Below are positions 25,701 to 37,300 of a stretch of DNA of 45,084 nucleotides, in pieces; position 1 is the first letter of the stretch; each line of letters opens with the position of its first letter. A model generated the notes under the pieces. The model was not told where the DNA came from. It made no database searches and saw only the letters and a program-made list of their open reading frames with translations. The DNA is from Spongospora subterranea f. sp. subterranea (Eukaryota), in NCBI GenBank assembly GCA_049724395.1, contig JAUGWO010000049.1, positions 124,001-169,084 on the forward strand, in the 5' to 3' direction. The position numbers and the translations under genes were made by a program.

Positions 25701-27402
25701 AAAAATCGGAATGGAACCCGGTTTCAAAACTAACTCCAAGGGTGTGACTTTGACAGGCGGATCCTTTCCCAGATGAATACGAAAAATGTCAATAAATTCG
25801 GTAAGCAAAACACCAAGATCTTTGGAAAACTCAGGAGGAGCCCCCATGTTTACAGTTTGTTGAACACGATCATTTAAGACTTGTCGAAGTTCTGCGTCAT
25901 TGTTGTCTCCCAAAATACTTTCCGGAAAGTCCTTGTCCATGTCATCGTGGCAATCAGGGTTCCTTTTCACTTTCTTTGATAGCCAGCGAGCATAGCTGGG
26001 ATTCAACATCAATTCCCAATCGGCGTAACAGAGGTCTTCCCAATAAAACTTCAGGCATCTCGTCATCAATTACATAAAACCGTTGCGCACGAATTATGAT
26101 TGGCCCCGCATTAGTAAAAATTGTGACATCCAGAAGACAACTTTTCTTACAAGCGAGATAGGTAGTATTCGCTAAACGTAATTGAAGTTTTTCCGACCGA
26201 ACAGGGACTGTGGACAGACTCCGAAAATGGTTTGACCCAATTATTACCAAATCGGCACCGTCATCCACAGCTGCGCGAAACGTTTCTGAAATAGTGGTTC
26301 CAGACGACAGTAGAACTTCAAATCCTCCTTTCTCTACTGTCGTCTGGTTATGATAAGTGTTGTTGACTCGCGACATTCGAGAATGTTCACGAACTCGGAC
26401 ATCCTGCTTATCCAAAGCAGGAAGGTCGAAAGCAACATGGGGTCGGGACGTTCTGACAGCAGACTGACCTCTGGGAAGTTGCGATTTTTCCATCGGGAGT
26501 TGTTGGATAAAGGCTTCGTCTTCTGCAGCAATAATCGTTTTCAATATCGATAAAGCTTCGTTTGCCAAGGCAAACATTTCCGACAGCTTCAATACTTTCC
26601 TCGCGTTGAGTCATAACAATTCAGCATAAAGTCGCGTTTTGAAACGCAGAGTCCGGAGAAATAAACGACAGCAATTTGACTCAGACATGGAAAAATCCGA
26701 TAAAAATTGTTTCGCTTGATGGAAATACTGAGAGTATCTTAGAATATAATCCGGTAGTGATTCTCTTTCATTCGGTAAAGAATTTTCCAACTTGTTTCGG
26801 AGGGCATCCTCCAGCGTCCCAGGATCAGCAGTAGAAGCGTACCAGACGGCCATCTTATCGAGCAAAAGCGACGACGACATCACCGGCTCATTGAAAGCGC
26901 GATCTTGAGTCGCTCCAGTGAAGCACCGGTACAACGCATCTCGACGCATATCGTCGGATGCTGACAAGGGCAACCTTTCAAATCGGCTTCTAAAAGACGA
27001 AAATTTCAAAGCTCGTGTGAATTAAATATCCGAATCATCAAGAAGGTTTACATCTCGAGTACCCATATATCGACTGGCATCGTCAGATGAAACAGTCTCC
27101 GAGAACTCCGGTAAATCTGAAAAATTAATGGGCTTTGAAGTTTCAGTTACCACATTTTCAGTCGACTTCGATTTATCCGAAAACCCTTTCATTATCGCCA
27201 TCATTTGCTCCGTCAAAAGTTGATTTTGGCGAGTTTGCTCGAATAAAAACTCGATTAGTCGTTGCTGGTCAGACGCGGCTTCAGCCGTTGCAGAGATCGC
27301 ATTTTGCTCCTCATCAATGTCAGTAGTCACTTCAAGTTCAGGTGAATTTCTAGTCTTCATTTTCGTCGATAGTGCTGGGTTGAAGCTATTATTGGCCAAT
27401 AT

Positions 27403-27549
27403 TGCGCCCGGCAACTATCGGGGACACCGATCCCCGACAACCGCTAAACGACGGGTACGACGACGACGAAAAAAAACTAGACTGGTTTATTACACCGGAA
27501 AAAAGTTCCATAAACATGCTCCACGGTGACAGCTCTGACTGGCGCTACA
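27403..27549 (-). repeat. 5' LTR of Gypsy B
   Basis: Direct repeat of 22589-22734; followed on the minus strand by PBS-like TGGCCAATAATAGC. Confidence 0.95.
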
Positions 27550-27872
27550 ATAGTGTCCTCAACTGGCACTTCAGTGTACGAGCAATCGTCTGATGGAACC
27601 TCCTCAGCAATAAACAGATCTACGTTTCCTGGGTGTCATATTGGTGACTGGTCACGATGCGATTAGGAGCACTTATACGACAACCAGTTCAGTTGATTTG
27701 CCTGACCAGACGGTCAGGTAATCTTGAGAGGTCTCCCAGTCCGTTGCGCAATAAAGACTCCATGACCGATTTCCTGAAGCTTCACGGCCTTATGTGCTTC
27801 TAATCTTCTGTTAGGATGTTTTTATTTGAGTTGACGCAAAAGAGCATAACGTCGTATCCATAATCCGAAAAA

Positions 27873-27984
27873 GGCTACAGGTACCCGCGGGTAGCCGGGT
27901 CGGGTACCGACTATCTACCGATACCCTACCCGGTCGGTAACTATCCGCCGAGTACGGGTAGATTACCCGACCCGATCGGAGCCA
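27873..27984. repeat. Cluster of ACCCG/CGGGT motifs, probable hAT/MITE terminal remnant
   Basis: CGGGTCGGGTA ... TACCCGACCCG inverted pair plus further TACCCG/TACCG motifs. Confidence 0.45.
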
Positions 27985-28560
27985 TAGTTCGAGTTAGTTT
28001 CGCTAATGTCTTATTTACTATTCTGACATGTGTACCTATTTTCAGTGTCTTGATTATCAAGGTGCCTGACACCGTTGGTGTTACGTCATCCCTTAGCTTA
28101 TCCTTGATCCATGGGATTTCTTGGATGAGTGTCGGTAGCAGTGTTTCTATTTCACATGTAGTTTTAGGCATTAATATTGCTACGGCCAACTGCCGTCGTA
28201 ACTACTAAATCGAAGATAATGACGCCGTCCAACTTAACCGGGAATTGACGAGCACCAAAAATAATATAGCCGCCATCCGCGTCAACCCGGCTTTTGATCG
28301 CCATGGGGCACCGTGAAAATAATTGTCTGCATATCGACAAGACAGTACGACCGCTTCGGCTCCATAGTCTAAAACATAAGACAGCTTTGAACCATCCGGA
28401 AATATAGCGACGTTCTCGGGAAGCTCATGAAGCAATGTTCGGCGAACGACCGGCGGCGAATTCGACGACTTGGTTTTCCCGACCTTTCGCTCAATGACTC
28501 GCTGCCGCTCCTGCTCTGACGTACTGGGGCAATCCCGAAGATGATGAGGACCGTTACAAT

Positions 28561-29008
28561 TGTTTTTTTTTTTTTTTTGTGATTTTCATTTTGGTGCCAG
28601 GTTTGTAGAACCCGTATCTACTAAAGGGCCAAGACGAATCTTGGTGTCAAAGCTCAAATGCCAGACATAAGTACCTTCGCTGAATGTTCTGCAGTCTGAC
28701 CGACATTGTGATCTCAGTGTGAGGTTGATCCCTTGATTTTACTCACTAAAACCCCCCACCCATTGGGACACGGGGGAAATTCCCTGTACGGACACCACAA
28801 TGCCTTGAACCCAAGTCGCATCATTACAAATCAGCTGTCTATTTTTCCTGAGGTTTCTTCCTCCCATGCTCAAACCTGAGCTCTACTTCCGTATTAGCTG
28901 GCCAACCTCAGGGATTCCCCAAAATCCCAGCCCACGGGGTTTTCGAACTCAGTATTTTGCACTGACCTGGTCCTACCTGAACAAACCGGGGCAGACAGGA
29001 ACCAAGCT
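28561..29008 (-). mobile_element. Full-length SINE-B (~450 bp), poly(A) tail
   Basis: Starts AGCTTGGTTCCTGTCTG like SINE-A; ~17-nt A tail; TSD AGGACCGTTA(C/A)AA at 28547-28559 / 29009-29021. Confidence 0.88.
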
Positions 29009-29656
29009 AGGACCGTTAAAACTAAAGCATTAGGGTCCGCTGGCCATTAATTGTGGTGCTTGAAACATCGCCGCTTCCTGAGCCGGGGTTTGATTTCGGT
29101 GGTACAATGGAGGCTTTAGACGCCGGTAAAATATTGGCTCGACCTCCCGATTCCTTCTTGAGATTTCTCAACACCGTTCGCGCCTGCAGCTCTCGTGACC
29201 ATAGGTCAGTAACCATATCTGTAACCATCTTAAACTGAGCCACTTGGCGGACGCCATTCCGAGCCAAGTGCTGATAAAATTCCGGATCCATCAATGCGAA
29301 CGAATCAACAAATTGACGACAGATGGTTGCTTCGTGGAGGTAACATTGGTTCGGCAATAACTTTGTTTTTCCCACAAATCCTTGAATCGCGTAATGAAAT
29401 CACAAATGGGCTCACCAGCTTGTCGTGAAATCCGTCCAAAACGCTCCTGCATTTCCAATATAAGCGCTTGCTGTACCCCCGGTTGGTCTCGATAAGCAGC
29501 CTTATATGACGTGGTTCCCAACCGAATCGCCCGAGCTTGAACCGGCCTATCGAGGCAGCGTAAAAATGCTGATCCCCGAGCAGTGTCGTCATAGACATCT
29601 GTGAGTATGCGAAAGCTGGAATCAACTCCTCGAACTTCAGGAAGCGACATACTAAG

Positions 29657-31878
29657 TGTAAGACCTTGAACAGCCGGAGCTGGGAGCTAGTCTACGAATG
29701 CAGGCGAACAAGCGTATCAAGAGCAGATTAGATTCGAGAATGTTTATTTGGTTGACAGTACAGTTATTTAGGCTCGACTCGTGCTCGGCATAGGTAGTTC
29801 TGCAACGACCGTAATAAAAGTAGAAGTTGCGTGAACTGGATCATGACATTACTCCCCTTCGAGACGAGCGGATTCCAGACGCCCGAGATTGCGTAAAAGC
29901 CGGGCCAGGAAGATCGGGATGAGATTTGTGGAACTCGGCGACGAGTCGTGGAACATCCTGAGCAATAATCTCGGCGGGCTCCCAAGAGCGATCGGCAGGA
30001 GAGTAACCTTTCCAGTCAATTAGATACTGGAGCCGGGACCGGTAATAACGAGAGTCCAGGATCAGATTAACCAGGTAGTGCGGGGTCAATGAAGGATCAT
30101 CGGCGGCGAAAACTGGATGAGGAGGGCCTTGGACGCGATGAGGAATCGTATTAACATTGTGGGGAGAGAGCAAGGAGACGTGGAACACGGGATGGATCTT
30201 CATAGACGCTGGAAGATCGAGTTCAACAGTGACAGGGCCAAGAACACGTTTGATAACAAAAGGGCCAATCCTACGAGCAGAGAGTTTAGGGCATGGTCGT
30301 GCTGAGGGAATGTTGGAAGTAGATAACCAAACTTGAGCACCAACAGAATAAATAGGGGCAGGGGGCGCGATGACGATCAGCGTATTCTTGGTAGCGATTT
30401 TGAGCGAAGCGAATCTGGGAACCAAGCCATTGATGTAGATCGGTGAGAGTCTTGACATACGATTCAGCACGAGGAACCTGGGCAGTAGAGGGGACAGCAG
30501 GATCAAATTTGGGATGATAACCCCGAAGAGCGAAAAAGGGGCTTAAATTCGTAGCGGAATGAAGAGAATTATTGTAAGAAAATTCAGCAAGAGGCAAAAG
30601 GTGAGACCAATCATCCTGTCGATACGAAGTATAACAACGAAGATATTGTTCGAGAACTTGGTTGAGGCGTTCGGTCTGGCCGTTTGTCTGGCAATGATAT
30701 CCCGAGGTAAGCGAGACGTCGGCTCCAAGAAGTTCGAAAAGTCTATTCCAAAATTTGGAAATAAATTGAGGGCCACGATCACTGATAATCTGGTCGGGAA
30801 CACCATAGAGACGAACAATGGTGGATAGAAAGATATGGGCAGTGCTTTCAGCATCTGGAGGACCATGACAGGGAACAAAATGGCCAGTCTTGGTGAGACG
30901 GTCGACGAAAACCAGAATGCAGTTGGAACCATCGGAAAGGGGAAGGTCAGTGATAAAATCAAGACCAACCGAGCTGAAGGGATGTGAGGGGACGGAGAGG
31001 GGTTGAAGGAGGCCAGCGGGCTTCTTGCGCGAAGCCTTGGAGCGTGCACAGGTGTCGCAGGTACGAACATAAGTCTTGACATAAGAGTTCATGCCTGGCC
31101 ACCAGTAGTTACGCTTGACCAAATCGAGGGTACGGGCGGAACCATAGTGACCTGCCGTAGAAGAATCGTGACAGGAACGGAGGACAGCGAGACGACAGTC
31201 GTCGATGTCAGGGACGTAGATGTGGTTCCGGAAGAGCAGGACGTTTCCGGATTGGGAGAACTCGGAGTTGAAGAGAGATCGGACAACTTGGCTTGGGCAA
31301 AGTCGTCCTTGGCGGTAGCTTGGACGAGGCGATCATAAAACGCTGGAGAGGGAAGGCCAGGGGAGGTAGACGACAGAAGGCAAAGAGCAGAGGGAGCAGG
31401 AGCGGGATCAGGAACGGGATCAGGGATTGAGACGGGACCAGGGACGAGGACAGGATCGGGAACAAGGAAGGCGTCTTGACGAAACATGGGAGAAGCAGCG
31501 GGACGAGGCTGTCCGGCTTCGTGATCAGGACGACGAGAGAGAGCATCGGCTTTTCCGTTGCGGGAACCGGGGCGGTACGTGAAAACGAGGTTAAACCGGG
31601 AAAAGAATTGAGACCATCGGGCTTGACGGCTGGACAGGGATTTCATGGTGTGGAAATAGCGCAGAGATTCATGGTCAGTGGGAACAAGAATAGGATGAAC
31701 GGCACCTTCGAGGTAATGGCGCCAGACAGTGCAGGCAGCTTTAATCGCCAATAATTCTTTGTCTCGAATGTCGTAGCGGGATTCGGCATCATTGAGGGAT
31801 CGGGAATAGAAGCAGCAAGGGTGAAGGAGTCCTTCTGCATCGGGTTGGGACAGGATTGCGCCAATAGCGAAGTCCGAC
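29657..31878 (-). mobile_element. Chromovirus (Tf2/Maggy-like Gypsy) D, 3' half: RNase H, integrase, chromodomain, PPT, 3' LTR 29657-29848
   Basis: [87 protein letters not shown] before TGTCATG. Confidence 0.93.
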
Positions 31879-32655
31879 TCGGGGCTAACCTTATGGCCCA
31901 CCAGGCGACAAGCGTCCTCCTGAGATATGTGCTCGGCAAACCGCGGGAGTCCTTTCAGTGGTATATTCTTGACGTACCTAACAAGAACCTCCGGCGACTC
32001 GGGTGTGTCGATTTTATATTTAACCTCCGGCTGGATATTTGGGGGAATATGATCGGGTTCCATGACCTTGGATAAATACCAATGATAATTTCTTCGATAT
32101 CAGCTCCTCGAATCTGGAAAATCTTTCATCCAGACGTTGGTCTATATATTGAACCAACGCCGCTTTGGAATTCGGGTTTTCCGCTCCCCTTCGCGATGAT
32201 TCCACTGGTTCCGAATATTCCGCCAGGTCCTTCATCTCTTCCTCATCCAGAACTACATTGCCCTTGCCTCCGGCCATGACGGGACAAAGCAAGAAGTAGA
32301 GAAAGAAAAACAAACAAATTAGATTAAATGCAATAACCCTTAGTTTGTTGTAAAGGCCTTTGTAACGCGTTCGGGTTACAAACGCTATTCGTACGACGTA
32401 ATATGATGGTCGCCTACGATGTAAGGCAACAATAATGACTCGGATCGGCAAGATATCTTGCACAACCAATTGGTGATAAATCCGAGTGAGGTTTATTTAG
32501 ATACAAACACACCATGACAGGGTAAATGCGCGGGATGAGTGGGGCCCCCGCCACAATAGTTCCTCTTTGTCATTGTTATCAACCTTTCTTTTCACTTTTT
32601 GGTGGTGTTTACTGCTCTATCTGTGGGTTCTATGTCTCTCTCATGCTTCTTTCCT

Positions 32656-32780
32656 GTGCGTTCGGATTTCTGTTGGCTTGCTGCCTTCAGTCGCCATTGC
32701 AACGTCCTCCACGTTACCGTGCGTTCGGATTTCTGTTGCTTGGTTGCCTTCAGTCGCCATTGCAACATCCTCCATGTTAC
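32656..32780. repeat. 63-bp tandem duplication (2 copies), ending at the Tc1 insertion site
   Basis: GTGCGTTCGGATTTCTGTTG...CAGTCGCCATTGCAAC..CCTCCA.GTTAC begins at 32656 and 32719. Confidence 0.85.
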
Positions 32781-34357
32781 AGTACCGGACACCTTAACTC
32801 TCCAACTTTGCCACTACAGGCTGCGGAGTATCTGATAACGTTTACGTTCAGGAACAAACTCGGATTACAACTGAATGAATCGATTGCATTTGCAATTTTA
32901 AGAAGGGTAATTGAACTAGAAAATTTGAATTCGAATTATTGACTGACTTATGGGCACTCAAACTATTGACTTTTTCAAGTATTTGAAACATTATAGGTAA
33001 AACACAGTTTTGTCTAGATACACGTAGAGAAAAATATCGCAAAAATTTCCTCGGCAGAATGCAGCAGCATCAAACGCGGATGTTTACATATTCAGGAGAT
33101 GAGATGGAGGAAAGTTACCACCCCAGAGTTACGAAACGATGAACGACCCTTGATCATGGTCGTTCAAGATGAAAGCTGTTTTAATTCTTTTGATGGTAAG
33201 AAAACTGTCTGGATGGACTTGGATCATCGGCCAATGCGACAGAAAGGCAAAGGTAAAAGCATTATGGTGTCGGAGTTCCTTTGCGAATGCCATGGTAGAC
33301 TCCAGCTATCCCCTGAACAGCAAGCGCTTCACCCTGAACTTCCACCCGCTGCAGTTACAATTATCAAACCCGGAAAAGACGCAGACGGTTTTTGGGATAA
33401 CAGCGACCTTATCAATCAGACAAAGTATCGCATGATGCCGTTGTTCAAATTCCTACATTAAGGATGCGATGCTCTTGTAATCTATGATAATTCTGCCAAC
33501 CATCATGCATTTGCTTCTGATGCATTGGTAGCAAGCCGCTTAAACCTGAGCGATGGCGGAAAAAACGTAAAATCTACGAGGCCAGGATGGTACATTTTAG
33601 ACGGTGTGAAAGTTGACCATTGTATGGTGAACGAAGGTGGGCAGCAGAAAGGCTGCAGAACAATTTTACAGGAGCGCGGTTTGTGGTCTTCAAGCAGTTT
33701 ATCGTTGAAAAACGCCAGGAACCTGTTAGGACAGCAACCAGACTTTCAAGAGCAACAAGAATGGCTCACAGAAACCGTTACTTCTGACCCAGCATTTATC
33801 ATTGAGTTCTTTTCCAAATTTCGTTGTGAATTCAACCACATTGAGATGTATTGGGGACAAGTGAAAAGATATTTGAGACAATACTGCAACTATTCATACA
33901 AAGTTCTGGAAACGATGTTGCCAGAGGCGTTAGCCTCAGTTTCAAAAGCCACAATCAGGTGACACGCTCGCAAGTGCTTTCGATATATGGACGCGTACTC
34001 GATGAAAAACGGCCAATATCTTAGCATGAAGCAGGTGGAATTCGCTCTGCGAAAATATCGTCGACATCGATCTGTACCTAACTCAATCTTATCAGAGTTA
34101 TAAAAATGTTTTCATCGCCTCGGGCACTTTGCTCACTGATCTGGATGAATTTGCAATGAAATCTTGGGAGAAATTCAATCAGAAAAGGCTGGGTCAGATA
34201 ACGGTTTCGGTGAGCAATTCTTGTTGCTCTGTTCTTGTTTTCTCGCAAGTTCGTTCTTCGCGCATATTTACCTTTTTTGCGAGCGCATATTTAGCTTTTG
34301 CGTACGCATATTTGAAATTAAATTGAAACAATTGGAGAGTTAAGGTGTCCGGTACTG
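32780..34357 (+). mobile_element. IS630-Tc1-mariner-type transposon 2, non-autonomous (N-terminal deletion, stops)
   Basis: Perfect 26-bp TIRs CAGTACCGGACACCTTAACTCTCCAA (32780-32805 / 34332-34357), TA on both sides; transposase remnant QDES, YDNS, KFRCEFNHIEMYW at ~33040-34102. Confidence 0.95.
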
Positions 34358-34385
34358 TAGAAACACTCTCCCGATACTATTGTAC

Positions 34386-37300
34386 GGGCGGCTATAATTC
34401 ACTGGCCGCACTAACTGGCCGCAGTTTCTTGGCCAGTTAGTGCGGCCGAGTGTTTTCTGTAGGCCGCTGGTAGGGTGTGAATTAACTGGCCGCATTCACT
34501 GGCCTGATTGATCAAAGTAGGCCAGCGATTGCGGCCAGTTAATTCACACCCTAACTAGGGTGTGACAGAATTCACTGGCCGCACTAACTGGCCAAAACCT
34601 GCAAAATTGCTCAGAAACTGGCCCAAAATTTGAAACTTCAAAGTCATAGTGTGTCTTAACTCTTTTTTCTACAGAGATGATTTAGTTTTTCACTTAATGC
34701 AGCGACGAAACACCGTTAATTCACACAACAGGCCGGCCACATTTCAATGCTAGCTGCTATGTGGAAGGCAGCTTCGAAAGCTGTCGTCTCTCCCATTACG
34801 TTTTCTAATTACAAAGGGAAAACTATCACAACTTGTTCATTTTTTTCTTGAAATTGTTCAAGCGGGGCACATCCTATCAAGCGGCTGTCAGAAATGCATT
34901 CTTCTCATTGTATTAAATCTTAACATAGAACACATAATAAGAGAGACTTCGGGTTTCAAATTTGCCTTCCACATAACAGGCTCTGCCGTCGTTCTCCAGG
35001 TCGTTGTAATAATACCAACCAGGAATTTTGACGGTTTTTTGACGCAAGATGTGTGCATAAAAATGTGAACCTGTGTCCGATGTGGATGAGATGCGAGCAA
35101 CAAGACGCCAGTGGAACCCGTTAGCAGTAACTTGTTCATTACACATCAGGCTTTCAGATGCACACTCTACTGGCAGCTCGATCAACATGATATTCTCTGG
35201 CATTGATATAATCTCGCGAACATCTTTCGTAAGAACCTGGGAACCATATGAATACACAGCAACGGAACATGCTTTCAGCCTCTACCACATCACAGGCCGG
35301 GTCTGAGCAAAGTCGGTTGGTCATTTCAAAGGCACCAGCAGATAGTAGAAGGTCCAAAACCGCCTGCACAGACGAACTCGCAGATTGTTCCACCATATAC
35401 TGCCGAATGTTCTATGGAAAGCAAACTTACTGACTGTTAACCTGTTTTTTCACAAAAGAACATACCAGGATGAACCAGCGCTGGACACCGGGTTTCTGGA
35501 TGGGTTGTATGTGCCCGTTATGGCAGATAAATGTACGCTGTGGTCGGGTGAATATTCATATGCCCATCAAGACGATTACTGACCTGTACGTCAAAGGATA
35601 CTTGTTTATAAACATCTTCGGAAGCCTGTTTCAAGAGATGTTCTAAAACATCGAAAGGATTGCCAAACGCGTTGGCCGCATATAACTTGATATCGTGAAT
35701 TATCCACGATGTCAGAATTCTTAGTCCTTTCGAAAGCTCTTTCTTGACGCGGTTCTCTGGGCAGCCTCGACGCTTGCTCAAGTGCACCATCGTTTTGGAG
35801 AATATATTCGTGGGGCTGTACTCGTTAGTTTTGATCTATGCCAAAAAATTAGTTCAAAGAAACTAATGCCCGGCCTGCAGCATACATCAATGTAATCAAA
35901 AACGGCATTTAAACATTCCAAAATCGTCGTCACATAGCACGTATTGTTCGTGTGTGCGTAGGATTGATAGGTCACGTGTGGGTCTCGGGAGACGTTTCTA
36001 CTGCCTTTAGGCCTTCCAAGTTTTGATTTAGATTCTGACTTATTGGTTAACAATTTTTTCGACGTGTCGGGTGGGCGTCCGTCGTTTTCATATTGTTGAC
36101 GTTTACGATGTGTGACGGCTGAGGACGTGGTTAAAGTATGGCATTTTTCAATGCTCCGCTTCCATCGTTCGGCTACACCTGACAATTGTTTCGGTATCTA
36201 GACTACAGATGTGGTCTCAGATTGACTTACCGTAATTTATCGCTCGCCCAACAAGGACGTCGGCGAAATCCTGCTCCAAAGTCCCAGAAAACAACATCAG
36301 AGATGTTAACCCGAAAACCATCGAATTCTTGGTTTCAGCAATTTGATAAAACATTGAATGCATAGCTTCGATTGGATTGGTATCGTTGCGTGACTTCTCT
36401 GCGAACTCTGCATCCATGAATTTCCTTTTACAACGGAAAACGAGGCGAGCGACACTCTCTTTTAGCCACCATTCAAACCACATGGCAGCGTTGGGATACG
36501 TGACCTAAAAAAATTTAGACAAGGTAGTCCGTTACGCGCAAATCGCACTTGAAGGGCATCAATAGCGATGTTGAAAGCGTCCTCCATGGGTTCTCGAACA
36601 GCTTGCTTTACAAGGTGTAAAAACTGTCCATTGTCCCCTGATCCGACAATTGCAGAATTCCTACTGATTCTCTCCGCCGAGTTGATGAAGTGCACTTCAC
36701 AGCCTTTGATTAGACTATTTGCATCCTCTGTCAATGTATTAAGACAGCATTGAATTCCCAAATCCCGATAGTAATCGCTCAACACCTACAGCACAGTAAG
36801 TGACTATTGAGATTACACCTGTTTATGATTGACCTTCACGTATGCTGCTACAAATCCCTGGTTTTGGGCTTTGGAATAATCCATAACTGCCCCACAAAGT
36901 TGACGGAACAATGAGACACGGTCATTCATCGTAAAGTCGCCAGGTTGGCTCCGTAACCGAGACATGATCATTTCAAGCAAAACCACGAAATGAACTCGAT
37001 GATGCTCGCTGGTGAGCCCGTCAAGCCACGAGTACAAAACAGGAACCCACCTTTTGATCAACACGCAGTAAACGGCAGACGTCATCAAGTATCCGTTTTT
37101 AAAAAACGAATACGTGACGTCAGAAACGCACCCTCCACACTGGCGTCCTGTTAGCTCGTTTTGATCGACAAGCCTAGGGAAGAGATGGTTTTGGAATTGG
37201 ATGGGTCTCGCGCATATCTAGAAAAAAACCTTTCAATCATGAAGGGAGAAGCAACAGACACGTGCATTCGTGATAAATGCAGGTCATTGGATCGGAGGCT

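Larger units (their letters stand above)
22589..27549 (-). mobile_element. Full-length, degenerate Gypsy element B with chromodomain
   Basis: Paired LTRs; gag 27361-26611; protease VDDGAD; RT WLDD; RNase H FTDAS...FTDHRNL; integrase H..H..C..C, WSNGTIE; chromodomain LLVSWKGFDQLHNSWE; PPT GGAGGAAGGTAG. No clean TSD. Confidence 0.95.
28200..32555 (-). mobile_element. Gypsy element C (5' LTR ~32471-32555, gag, protease), relative of B, split by chromovirus D and SINE-B
   Basis: 85-bp TG...CA LTR with AATAAA followed by TGG PBS. Gag pieces [16 protein letters not shown] and AFLRCLDRPVQARA align to B's LPEFSETVSSDDASRY and ALYRCFTGATQDRA; knuckle CxxCNGPHHLRDCP; protease VLDYGAE. Confidence 0.75.

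Noticed and set aside
27550..28200. Continuation of Copia B gag or a gene (ORF 27941-28189)
   Set aside because: No Copia gag motif, no second copy of the 18918-19125 LTR and no recognisable domain.
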